Source of the DNA: Antedon mediterranea
Lineage: Eukaryota; Animalia; Echinodermata
Assembly (NCBI RefSeq): GCF_964355755.1
Contig: NC_092673.1
Location: 16,737,648 to 16,801,647, forward strand
DNA: 64,000 nucleotides
Reading direction: 5' to 3'
The position numbers and the translations under genes were made by a program. The notes beneath the pieces are model-generated. The model was not told the origin of the DNA, did not search any database, and saw nothing but the letters and a program-made list of their open reading frames with translations. The first letter of the stretch is position 1, and each line of letters begins with the position of its first letter. Shown here in pieces: positions 1-13,216 of this stretch.

Positions 1-452
1 TGGATTCGACTATGTAGAAACGGAATTTAATTTCCAAATTAAAACACTGCATTGTAACAATATTATAATCGGTCTGCTTTTCTTTCATCGATGATGACAA
101 TAGAAATAAGGGTAGGGCGTGTGTATGTATCACCGCCGGTCAGTGTACACACCAGGTCACAAAGCTTTAAAGAAATATTTTTAATTGTTATCCCGAATAT
201 GTGTGTTAGAGTAATTCGTTTTGATATATAATCATTTTGGTATACTAACAATTTGAACAAGCTGCCTCTACGCGCCTAGTCGTAAATCCAATCCTAGATT
301 CTATATTTACCGATATTGCGCCCCCTATATAGTTTTTGATAAATTACTAATAATGTTATGGTATCGATAGATTGTAAGCCAGCTGAATGGTTAGTTCTTG
401 AGTCTCGTAATGTAACGCTGTAGCATTAGGCTAGGGTTCGAGAATTGATTTG

Positions 453-507
<55 letters not shown>

Positions 508-1134
508 ATATTTGTTTTACTCACCATCTTCTTTATTGACCATAGTTAAGGTTAACTACACGCGATTTGTCAACAAACAACGAAACCGATGAATGATTGT
601 CGATTACACTGATGTGTATGTGTGGTGCGCGCTTTTAAATTCGTATTGAATATATCGTGCCTCCTCTTCCTCCTACCCTGCTTAATTTGCGTATGGTTTT
701 CGAATGATGATCATGAAATACACAAACGGGTGTAATTCCATCGTTAGTTACTTTAGTGTTTCAATAAAACCGTCTCTGCAATATGATGGAAATAAGCGTC
801 ACTGTCGGTTAATGTATACACCGGTCCCAAAGAGTCAGGGTCAATTACTTTTTTTTTAGAAATATGTTTAATGTGTATTATTATTATTATAGTTTAATAT
901 AAGCGTATTTTATAAATTTCATCTCCATCGATTCTATAATCATATTTTAAAATCAAAATGCTATGTTTTAAATTCTATCTAGGTTTCTCTCTCTCTCTCT
1001 CTCTGCCCCTCTCCTTCTCTGCTTATTAATTTGGATTCGACTATGTAGAAACGGAATTTAGATTCCAAATTAAAACACTGCATTGTAACAATATTATAAT
1101 CGGTCTGCATTGCTTTTATCGATGATGACAATAG

Positions 1135-1495
1135 AGATTATGCACATAAGGCATGTGTATTGTTAGATTGTACACATAAGGCATGTGTATTGTTAGATTG
1201 TACACATAAGGCATGTGCATTGTTAGATTGTACACATAAGGCATGTGCATTGTTAGATTGTACACATAAGGCATGTGTATTGTTAGATTGTGCACATAAG
1301 GCATGTGCATTGTTAGATTGTACACATAAGGCATGTGTATTGTTAGATTGTACACATAAGGCATGTGTATTGTTAGATTGTACACATAAGGCATGTGTAT
1401 TGTTAGATTGTACACATAAGGCATGTGCAGTGTTAGATTGTGTACATAAGGCATGTGCATTGTTAGATTGTACACATAAGGCATGTGCATTGTTA
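1135..1495. repeat. 30-bp minisatellite, ~12 copies
   Basis: Unit ttagattgtacacataaggcatgtg(t/c)attg. Confidence 0.95.
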
Positions 1496-1909
1496 CCGCA
1501 CAAAATAAAACTGATGAGAAATTTAATTTCATTATGCAATTTTATCTTAATTAGTCAGTAAAACATTTTTTCATGGCTTACTAATGGAGATTTTGATGTA
1601 GTTTTATTTGATTAACAAATGGTAACATGCATTGATAGTTGACAAACATTTTGTGGTTTTAATAAAATGAAATAATTTATTATATAATATAGAGTAAATT
1701 ACACAGAAAAAGTAATGTGATGATGTGTGTTTGCCTAGCCTTTGTTTACTGTGCACTTTCACATTGGCTGGAAAATGCCAGGGCAATTTACAGTCATTGT
1801 TGTCTTTCAGGTTTAGACTTATTATTATTAATTATAGAAGTGATTATTAATTTCCAATAGACCATATCATAAAAACCCATCAAAAACTGCGTTTGTGATT
1901 TTGTTCTCT

Positions 1910-4377
1910 TAGACCGTGGGCTGATGCTCAAAATTGTGACTTGTCGTGGTGCCACCCCTGGCAGCTACCCAGTTTTTATATATAAAGTTGTAAAAAAAAT
2001 TTAAAACATAAAACACCAACTCGCCATCGTCGTAAATAAACAGTTTTAATAAAAAACGATAAACTACGAAGAAAAATCAACAGTTAAATACCAACGGTTG
2101 GACCAATCACAATTAACCTCTCATATGTGAGAAACAATCTCATCCAATGAGAAACGTTTTAACACAGCCGTGTGGCTCGGTTCATCGCGTCAATACAGAA
2201 ACATGGCTGCGTCGGATGATAAACAAACGTTTTTAGAGGAAGAAGATGAGGAAAATACTCCAGATTATTGCTGTATGCACGTATCAAATTCCAAAGGAAA
2301 ACTAGTAAAATTAACTGGGAAAGGTTATGCGAAATTTAAAGAATGCTGCTCACGTTGGAAGGTTCTGAATTGCCCTGAAAAGTAAAATTGCATCATCCTT
2401 CGTGTTCGAAGAATATGAGGCCACTAACAGTACACTACTCCTACCTAGTAGTAGTAGTACTACCGCCGACGAAGACGAAGAAGGACCGTCTACTAGCACT
2501 GCTAGTTTGACGTCTAGGTCAAGAAAAAGGTTAGCATTTTCTTTGTCTGTATTTTAAAACTATGCTAGATTGTTCGCTTATAGCTTTATATCGATTTATA
2601 CGCTAGTGTAGCTAGCTAAAGCAAATTAACGCCGATCGAAAGCGAGGCAAGAAGGCTATGCTGGCCTCTACTTTAGGCTAGGCTAGGCTAGGTCTAGTCT
2701 ATACCTAGTAGAAGTTTCTAGCTAGAATTCCGAATCGGAGCCTAGGGCCTTAGACTATGAATTCCGATTGTAATGTCCGATTCTTTTGGTATTGTCAACT
2801 GTCTACATACTAGATATTCAAATAACACAGTGTTGTTGTTACATTGTTTTTTTGTAGGATTAAAAGTGGTGGGATTCCTGGATACCACACTGAGTGTTAT
2901 TCCAACTTCTGCAATATTATTATTACTAAGATTAAACGAGCTGAAGCACGGGACTTAAAGTGGAAAGGTAAGTTTCAGAATATATATAATAATAATAATG
3001 TCAAGCACCTATTGCCAAGGCATCTAAGCGAATAAAAATGAAAGGAAAAGAAAATATCTGTGAAAAGTATAACTGTACTCAACTGGTAAAATGTGTTCAT
3101 TCATCGGCAACTTGCCTTTATTATTCCTAAATTCATCCTTTAGTTTCATTCCTACTCCTTTAACTGTCATTGTAATTTAGTATCTGGTCACATAGACACT
3201 GTAACAATAAATATTAATTATTGAACACTATTCTTTCAAAGCACAAGAAGTTTTGGAACCTAGTCCAAATGTTGAGGAAATTGCAGGTGATGAACACAAC
3301 ACAGCACAAGCTTCCAAGATTCTTTTGCGATCTATGATGCCTGAAGACCGTCCACGTGTTGATCGTGCACATGTGTTGCCACCGATATGTATTATTTGTA
3401 AGCGTGTACAATATGCAACTAACAACATTCAAGAAAGCGCAGAGTGGAGAAGTTGGTGCAGTGTGAGACCATTGATGGAGGATGTTTAAAAACAGCAGAA
3501 ACGCTAAAAAAGGATCAAGAAATGCTGTTAAAAATCCACGATAAAGATTTGGTAGCTATTGAAGCTAAGTATCACCGATCGTGCTACTTAAAATACACAA
3601 GTGTATGTAGACGCTACAGTCGAACTGAAAACCCAGAAGTGGATCTGTACTGTCAATCGTATAACATCTTCTGTCAAAATGTTATTGAGCAGAGAATCAT
3701 TAAAGATAACCAAATTTCATTATTTGCCAAATAGAATATCCTGTAATAATATATGCAATATCCAAGTCAAATTTATTAATTTTGTGATAATTGTAACTTG
3801 GTATATAGTATTTATGTTACCAAGTCTCTAATAAATGTGATGAGTATATAAATAAAGGTTGTCTATAGTATTTTACAATTATTATACACACAATACATTG
3901 ACATAAAAATCATCTTTATGTTTGTTCTTTAAAATTGAAATAAAATAATCCTTTTCAATCACGTTTCCACTCTATTTTATAATTTATAACGTTTTGATAC
4001 AAAATCAACAACTTCCAATGTAATATAATACAGTATCTGTGGTACTGCTATGTCTTACTACTGTATTACTATACAGACAGGTACAGTATTGTGAGCTTAT
4101 TTAATTTATAAAAATGCGCCCTCTATTGGCAAACATAGATATTGTATAATGCAAAAGAATAGGGAGTTTTACATTTTGGCAATAGAGGGCGCATGTTTTT
4201 AATTAATAATCTTAAAATCGTTCTAATTAATTAATGTGCAACTTTTTTCACTGGCGAGTTTGGTTTTTATGATATGATATATGTGTAGAACAATTCTACA
4301 AAAGATGAGGTAGCTGCCAGAGGGTCACCACGAAACTCAAAAACTAAGCCACTTTTCAGTGTTCAGCCCACGGCCTA
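1910..4377 (+). mobile_element. Academ-like DNA transposon, internally deleted
   Basis: Termini TAGACCGTGGGCTGA / TCAGCCCACGGCCTA with further inverted blocks (tggcagctacc/ggtagctgcca). 3-bp TSD tct; the empty site is visible in the paralogous block at ~54695. Broken ORF pieces (2202-3734) include DLVAIEAKYHRSCY. Confidence 0.7.
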
Positions 4378-4800
4378 TCTGTTATATAAAATCTTTTATT
4401 TTCTATTGAATAGGCTGACATGCAAGACTGATTTAGGAAGTCAGGTGATGCACAGAACGCGGCAAAGAGGGTGTTGGCACTTTGCATTACAATAAACACC
4501 TTATAGGCTGGTAGCGGACAATCCCATTGCTGGACCAGTGAATGGAGGATTCTTTTCCAGACAAATGATGTAATTTTATGGTTAACATTATTTATGAATT
4601 CATTAGTGTGATGTGAGTTATATATTTTTTAAATTTCATTATAGTAATTTGACTTTTAAGCTAGTAGAGCTTGTTGTATGAAGGTTTAAACAGTCTGGTT
4701 TAAAGCTAGTCCGTAATAATACAACACAATGGTTCATACAACAAACAGTAGCCAAAACATATTTTGGTTTATAATCCAACAGATATGTTGTGTGAGAATA
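4378..4800 (+). promoter_or_regulatory. Third copy of the same block (no coding exon recognised directly downstream)
   Basis: Alignable by eye to 54696-54927 plus 57090-57290. Confidence 0.4.
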
Positions 4801-4862
4801 AATGCTGTTTTAAATGTCTTATTAATTCTTTTTAATTGTGGTTTGCTGTCTTTAAATTAGCT

Positions 4863-5048
4863 TTTGATTGCCATGTTAATACTGAGACTATCTTACCTAT
4901 TGATTGCCATGTTGATACTGAGACTATCTTACCTTTTGATTGCCATGTTTATACTGAGACTATCTTACTGTACCTATTGATTGCCATGTTGATACTGAGA
5001 CTATCTTACCTATTGATTGCCATGTTTATACTGAGACTATCTTACCTA
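4863..5048. repeat. 36-bp minisatellite, 5 copies
   Basis: Unit ttgattgccatgttgatactgagactatcttaccta. Confidence 0.9.
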
Positions 5049-7189
5049 CTGTAACAAACAATATTATTTATGTAATTATTAGAATCAGGGACATTTCGGA
5101 TCAGTCATAGAGGAAACAATTAAATAGTTTTTTCCTCCATAGACCCAGATCCCACAATTAGGATATAAATGGGTGGTAGTTTGCAATAGTTATACAATTT
5201 TAAAAGAATGATTTTTTAAACTGAATAATCAACTATTTTATTATATGGTTTACAATTTTTATAAAAATGTTGATTTTCTCTTTGTGAAAAAAATTGGTCA
5301 TACTTAAAATTGCAGTGTAAGGCAATAATTGTCCTTTTTAAGTGCTTATAACATCATGTAATTGTGCGTTATTTTATGAATTTCAATGATTGATCATAGA
5401 TTAAAAACCAAAAGTCATTTAGTATTGGCACTTTGACAAAATTTAAGTCATATCAAGGGAAAACTTTCTACGGATTAAAAATGGCATGTTTCACAAGAAA
5501 TTACGCGCGCAGCGCACACGCATTTAAAATTTCAAAATGCATTTATATTTACAAATTCTCGAGTACGATGATATTGACTGTGTAATTTTTGTGTGGCAAC
5601 ACTCGCGTCATCTACTGGGTCTTGAACTCGCGATGAAATTGTCATTCCATCGCAAGACAACGCCTCATGTACTGCGCCACGGAACTTGCTTGAAGAAATT
5701 AAGCAACTAAACTATTTAAACTATGCATACATAGCGCCTTCATTTGTTATTAGTCCTCCCTAGATGTGATGAAAGACCGTTTGTGATTGGTTAATACTCA
5801 CAGTAGTAACTCAGTATGCGCGCGACGCGGTGAACATCCGGTGATTCGGCACGAAGAAGACGAATTATTATTTATTCGACCTACCTGATTATGATAATAT
5901 TAATGTATAGGCTTATTGGTGGAAATTCTTCTGTTATTATTTAAACGACCTAGGCTAGTGATTATTTTATTGCCAAGGAATCAGTAATTACTGTATCTGT
6001 ATATTATTCTTCGCAAGGTAAGGTGTCTATGCAGCTTGTTTACATACAATAAAAAAAGGAGGCCTAGCCTAGCTACCAGACCCAGCAGATATTCTACTTG
6101 TTGTTGGCTATGTAATATAACAGATATCGCCTTATATATCCTATCATAACAAACTATTCAAAACTTTCTATTATTTAAAAATCGAAGAAAATCGGGTCTC
6201 AGATCCATCCTATATATGTGTTTCTCGGAGACTTGGTTATCGGAGGGAAAGTCGGATTGAACGTTTTGAGATTTGTGGGTTCCAGTTATTTTGAGGAATT
6301 CCCTGCTACAATTGTAAATAATAGTGCAATGACTTTGCACAATAATAAAGTTAAACAGCCTAATTAAATTGCACAAGAGAAGCTGTTGCACAATTTGATA
6401 CCACAAAAACCTAATGAGGAACATACATAGCCAATCCCATCACTCACTGCACAGCCGACCACTTTTCTTTCCAAAATTCTCCTCCACAATATTAGTTTGT
6501 GTGTGATTTGTATTTATTTCTTCTAGGTTGCATTTGCTATGTATTATTTGTATGGCATTTGATGGAATAAATGCTTGTTGAATTGAATTGAAGTCCTGGG
6601 TGGGCTATTGCACCATTGGTGACCTCTTAAGATCTAAAACTTTGGCATTTCTACTATACTAGTGGTACAGTAACTCACTGACAGACTATAGTAATCTACA
6701 GTTTAATTTCTGCGGACACAAGTTTGGACTGAAATATTGGAATCTAACAATGAGTAATCTAACCAGGCAGTTTTCTTGGGTGGTTTATAAGTTGTATTAA
6801 AGTCCAGTAATTGTTGTTACAAATAACTACATATCAATATCAATCCATGTGTTATTACAACATAGAAAGAATGTTGTAAACATTTTAAAATAAAGATTAT
6901 AGATCCAATATGTGCTTCTACATGTTCACAAGTATTCCTTACATCATTGACAATCAATTTAATCATTATCATTGTCAAATTGACCTTTCACCTGCATTTA
7001 GATTAATATTTTTTCAAATTTTAATTTTTCCTTTGCTCTTCATGTCAAGCAATTTCAGTTGTTATTATTAATAACAATGTTAATATTTCATTTTATTATC
7101 ACTCTGTGTAAATATAACCAAAATGGTAATAGTACAGAGAGTTATAAACTGCTGTGTGTTCTATTTATTATCTTTGTTTAACATTAGAA

Positions 7190-10100
7190 TACAATGTTAA
7201 TATTAAATCTATGGTAAAGATTATCTATAAACAATTGTATAACAGGAACTCAATAAAACAAAACAAACAAATCATTAATAACAATGTTAATAAAGATTAT
7301 CTATAAACAATTGTATAACAGGAACTCAATAATCAAAACAAACAAATCATTAATAACAATGTTAATATTAAATCTATGGTAAAGATTATCTATAAACAAT
7401 TGTATAACAGGAACTCAATAATCAAAACAAACAAATCATTAATAACAATGTTAATATTAAATCTATGGTAAAGATTATCTATAAACAATTGTATAACAGG
7501 AACTCAATAATCAAAACAAACAAATCATTAATAACAATGTTAATATTAAATCTATGGTAAAGAAATCTATAAACAATTGTATAACAGGAACTCAATAAAC
7601 AAAACAAACAAATCATTAATAACAATGTTAATATTAAAATCTATGGTTTAAGATTATCTATAAACAATTGTATAACAGGAACTCAATAATCAAAACAAAC
7701 AAATCATTAATAACAATGTTAATATTAAAATCTATGGTTTAAGATTATCTATAAACAATTGTATAACAGGAACTCAATAATCAAAACAAACAAATCATTA
7801 ATAACAATGTTAATATTAAATCTATGGTAAAGATTATCTATAAACAATTGTATAACAGGAACTCAATAATCAAAACAAACAAATCATTAATAACAATGTT
7901 AATATTAAATCTATGGTAAAGATTATCTATAAACAATTGTATAACATGAACTCAATAATCAAAACTAACAAATCATTAATAACAATGTTAATATTAAATC
8001 TATGGTAAAGATTATCTATAAACAATTGTATAACAGGAACTCAATAATCAAAACAAACAAATCATTAATAACAATGTTAATATTAAATCTATGGTAAAGA
8101 TTATCTATAAACAATTGTATAACAGGAACTCAATAAAACAAAACAAACAAATCATTAATAACAATGTTAATAAAGATTATCTATAAACAATTGTATAACA
8201 GGAACTCAATAATCAAAACAAACAAATCATTAATAACAATGTTAATATTAAATCTATGGTAAAGATTATCTATAAACAATTGTATAACAGGAACTCAATA
8301 ATCAAAACAAACAAATCATTAATAACAATGTTAATATTAAATCTATGGTAAAGATTATCTATAAACAATTGTATAACAGGAACTCAATAATCAAAACAAA
8401 CAAATCATTAATAACAATGTTAATATTAAATCTATGGTAAAGAAATCTATAAACAATTGTATAACAGGAACTCAATAAACAAAACAAACAAATCATTAAT
8501 AACAATGTTAATATTAAAATCTATGGTTTAAGATTATCTATAAACAATTGTATAACAGGAACTCAATAATCAAAACAAACAAATCATTAATAACAATGTT
8601 AATATTAAAATCTATGGTTTAAGATTATCTATAAACAATTGTATAACAGGAACTCAATAATCAAAACAAACAAATCATTAATAACAATGTTAATATTAAA
8701 TCTATGGTAAAGATTATCTATAAACAATTGTATAACAGGAACTCAATAATCAAAACAAACAAATCATTAATAACAATGTTAATATTAAATCTATGGTAAA
8801 GATTATCTATAAACAATTGTATAACATGAACTCAATAATCAAAACTAACAAATCATTAATAACAATGTTAATATTAAATCTATGGTAAAGATTATCTATA
8901 AACAATTGTATAACAGGAACTCAATAATCAAAACAAACAAATCATTAATAACAATGTTAATATTAAATCTATGGTAAAGATTATCTATAAACAATTGTAT
9001 AACAGGAACTCAATAATCAAAACAAACAAATCATTAATAACAATGTTAATATTAAATCTATGGTAAAGATTATCTGATAACAATTGTATAACAGGAACTC
9101 AATAATAAAAACTAACAAATCATTAATAACAATGTTAATATTAAAATCTATGGTTTAAGATTATCTATAAACAATTGTATAACAGGAACTCAATAATCAA
9201 AACAAACAAATCATTAATAACAATGTTAATATTAAATCTATGGTTTAAGATTATCTATAAACAATTGTATAACAGGAACTCAATAATCAAAACAAACAAA
9301 TCATTAATAACAATGTTAATATTAAATCTATGGTAAAGATTATCTATAAACAATTGTATAACACAGGGAAAATTTTCATTTAAAAATTTTGTTTAGCAAT
9401 ATTGCTAATCAAACTGATTTTTAGGTCGAGAAATATAGTTTTGTATAGTATTGTTTGCTACACAATTTTCAAAATGTGTAGCAATAAGGTTGTTTTGTAT
9501 AGCTTTTTGCTACGCTACACTGGCGAAAATGTTCCCTGTAACAGGAACTCAATAATCAAAACAAACAAATCATTAATAACAATGTTAATATTAAATCTAT
9601 GGTAAAGATTATCTATAAACAATTGTATAACAGGAACTCAATAATCAAAACAAACAAATCATTAATAACAATGTTAATATTAAATCTATGGTAAAGATTA
9701 TCTATAAACAATTGTATAACAGGAACTCAATAAACAAAACAAACAAATCATTAATAACAATGTTAATATTAAAATCTATGGTTTAAGATTATCTATAAAC
9801 AATTGTATAACAGGAACTCAATAATCAAAACAAACAAATCATTAATAACAATGTTAATATTAAATCTATGGTAAAGAAATCTATAAACAATTGTATAACA
9901 GGAACTCAATAAACAAAACAAACAAATCATTAATAACAATGTTAATATTAAATCTATGGTAAAGAAAAGATTATCTGATAACAATTGTATAACATGAACT
10001 CAATAATCAAAACAAACTAATCATTAATAACAATGTTAATATTAAATCTATGGTTTAAGATTATCTGATAACAATTGTATAACATGAACTCAATAATCAA

Positions 10101-10200
10101 AACAAACTAATCATTAATAACAATGTTAATATTAAATCTATGGTAAAGATTATCTATAAACAATTGTATAACAGGAACTCAATAAACAAACAAAACAAAC
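7190..10200. repeat. ~89-bp satellite (~32 units) with an 880-bp higher-order duplication
   Basis: Unit taataacaatgttaatattaaatctatggtaaagattatctataaacaattgtataacaggaactcaataatcaaaacaaacaaatcat. Diagnostic variants recur at +880. Confidence 0.95.
9363..9539. mobile_element. 177-bp MITE inserted in the 89-bp satellite
   Basis: TIR ACAGGGAAAATTTTC / GAAAATGTTCCCTGT; aac duplicated on both sides; the satellite register resumes after it. Confidence 0.75.
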
Positions 10201-11404
10201 TAATCAATTAATTTTTTTTAATAACAATTTTTACCCTGGATTTCTGTATAAATGTTATAATGAACTTTGACTTGTATTAATTGAGAATACCTGTTTTTAA
10301 TCCCACTATCAGAAAGGATTACATAATTGCAGCCAATAAAAATCTAATTCAAACCAAATTAATAATAATATGTCTGAGAACTTACTTACAGTAGACAGAT
10401 TAATTAACAATTGCAAAATGATTTTTTAAGCATTTTATAGCAATTATTTATAATAAAAACTAGATTTGAACTTGTCATGGTAATGAGTTAGGCTATTGCA
10501 CAATGCATTGTAACACACACATACTATTATGTGCAATTGTACGAACAGCATAGCCGTAGGCTTAATCCATTTCAGTCGATCAAAGGGGTATTTCTACCGT
10601 TCAACAAGCGTCAACATTTGACCGTAATAGCATTGTAAACAGTTTAGTTGATGGTTAGTTTTTATTTTACGCAACTCGCGTTTATTTAAACATTTGAATA
10701 TGATGACTTTTTCAAAATGAAAAATAAATTCATATGTCTGAAAGATACTTGTTTGAGTAAATTGGAAGAAAACTGATAAAAATTAAGTAAGGCAATAAGA
10801 TGATGTAGCTGCTCACAATTAAAATAGTGAGATAGATAGTAGTTTTTGTTTCATTATGCAATGATAAATAAAAAAATAAAATTAATGTGAAGTAGGATTG
10901 CCCTTCCCATGGATTTATTTTTTCCTTCTTGATATACCTTACCAATAATTAACCAGTTTATAGGCCAATAAATAATATTATCAATACTATTATCACAATA
11001 TAAAATGGCATAGTAGGCCTCTACTAACCAAACGGAGTCTCCCTAATTAGCCTTTAGTGAAAATTGTTTTTTATACCTAAACAATTCCTTCAAAACACAC
11101 ATTATTATCCTAAAGCACAACATATTATTAATTTGCACTTTTTTTTATAAAGCTAACATTATTATTATTGGTAATTTGTGAATCTTTATTTTACAGTTTT
11201 AATTCTACATGTTATCCTATTTCTTATAGAATTACTTTACATTTACCTACTCAATGTGCAAGGTGTCCTTTAAATTGAGTAAATGGCTCAGCCCAGAGAT
11301 ATATAAAGAGTTACAACATTGAATGATTAGAAGCCATTTGTTTATTTTGTATAGCGTTTTCCTGTAGTTCATGCATTATTTTTAGATCTATGAAATAATG
11401 CTTA

Positions 11405-12331
11405 CGCCCGTATTCTTAAACTGGACTTTAGTCGTAGTTCGAGCTAAAACTAAAAAAATGACGTCATTTTAATTCATAAACCGAACTTCAACTAAATCGC
11501 CGACTAATTCAGGCTAACCTCGACTAAATCGAGACGGATTTTGATCGATTTTTTTAGTCCTGAAGGAGGCAGGCTAAATGGTCGACTAAATGGTTTTTAA
11601 ACGATGTTTATAAAAAACGTAACAGTCATTGAGTTGTTATATTGGCCAGATATTGAAGAATGAAATATCTATATTTATATTAGCTTAATTAAATATACAT
11701 TGGTATAAGTTATAATAATGAAAATAATCTTTATTTAGAACTGTATACAAATTACATTATTTTCTTCGCGCAAGTCCGACTTGAGCTACGTCACGCCATA
11801 GCGACAATGGGAGATGCGGCAATTCACCACGCGATGGAATGTTTAGGGGGCCTAGCGCTTTCTTGTCACGCTATGAAGTGCGTGGTTCGTCGCGATCATA
11901 CTTTGTTGGGGGCCTAGAAAATATAAAAGTTACCGTACCGCCGTGGTTCCTAAATATATTTTGAAGATTTTATTTGTTGTTAATCAAATATACTTCACTG
12001 TTAAATTAATACTGATCTTGTTCTTATAATTAACGATTAAAATTATTTTTCATGTATATAGTCCTGATGCGTAAAAAGTGTTGTAAGAAATGGAAAGTGA
12101 TATCAATGCGCAAAATTTCGTCTGCTCCTCAAATACTCTCTTGTCATTGGCCAATGTATAGCCTTTGTTACCCAGACGTGTGCAACTCGACTAAAAGCTC
12201 GACTTCATTAAGTCGAACTGCAAACTTCGACTACTTCGTTTTTTAATCGAATTTGAAGTAATAGCTCGAACTACGACTTTTTCAAGTCGAACTTCGAACT
12301 ACGACTAAAGTCCGGTTTAAGAATACGGGCG
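11405..12331. mobile_element. PIF/Harbinger-like MITE, complete
   Basis: ~37-bp TIRs CGCCCGTATTCTTAAAC(T/C)GGACTTTAGTCGTAGTTCG; TTA on both sides. Confidence 0.85.
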
Positions 12332-12524
12332 TTAGATTCTGTTTATATTTTAGTAATTTATTTTATTAATGGTCTTGATTCGGTAGCCTATATGTATTTT
12401 TTATAATGAACAAAAAAATAAATGCTACATGCAAGTTGTGATAAATCAAGTCATATAACACACATATTCATCCCTCTTTATGGCTCTGTGTTTTTAACAC
12501 AAACTGCTCCACCAACTTTATTAA

Positions 12525-13068
12525 AGATGTATTGTCCCTTGAAACACAAAAAAATGAAGGTCAAAATATTCTAAATTTAAATTGGCCATATCAAAGTAAT
12601 ATTAAAGTTATACACTTTAAGTCAAAAATTTTAGCCAAAAACAACAATTTTGCGTAATTAACAGGTAAATTAATTTGATTACATTTCGTCTGGAAAATCG
12701 TCGCGAGCGAAAGATAAACAAAGATTTCAAACCATTATGCATGATGCTAATTAGGATTGTTTACAACTCGTCACGGTTGAGAAGGTGTTCTCACACAGAT
12801 CGAGAGGAAGTTTCATGATTATGCATACAGCGAGTAGCCAGACATGCGCGTTGCATTATAAGATGTGTTTTGATCGAAAACTTTGACTGGAAGTCAAAGT
12901 TATTTTTTGAACAAAAAAACATCTGTATTTCAGTTAAATGATTGAATTTTTTCCGACTAATTTTTGGTGAAAGTTTAATAACTATTATGATACTTCGAAA
13001 TGAACCACTTTTTTCGGAAATCTTTTTTTAAATATTTGTTTTGAATTGGTCAAAGGGACAATACATCT
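12525..13068. mobile_element. TTAA-specific MITE (Kolobok-like)
   Basis: ttaa|AGATGTATTGTCCCTT ... AAGGGACAATACATCT|ttaa. Confidence 0.8.
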
Positions 13069-13216
13069 TTAAATTTCCAAGACTCGTTCATCATTTCATT
13101 TGTAATAATTTGCCTTTATTATTTGCCTTTATTATTTTCTTTCTTTCTTTCTTTCAATCATCAATAAATCTTATAATGTACTAGCCCAATTATTTATTCT
13201 TTGCCGCAAGTACTTC

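Noticed and set aside
372-445. tRNA-like A/B box sequences (also ~5610-5685 minus, ~28103 and ~39035)
   Set aside because: No complete cloverleaf, and most lie within repeated elements, so they are treated as SINE-like or transposon-internal remnants rather than tRNA genes.
1116-1561. Three overlapping repetitive ORFs
   Set aside because: Artefacts of the 30-bp minisatellite.
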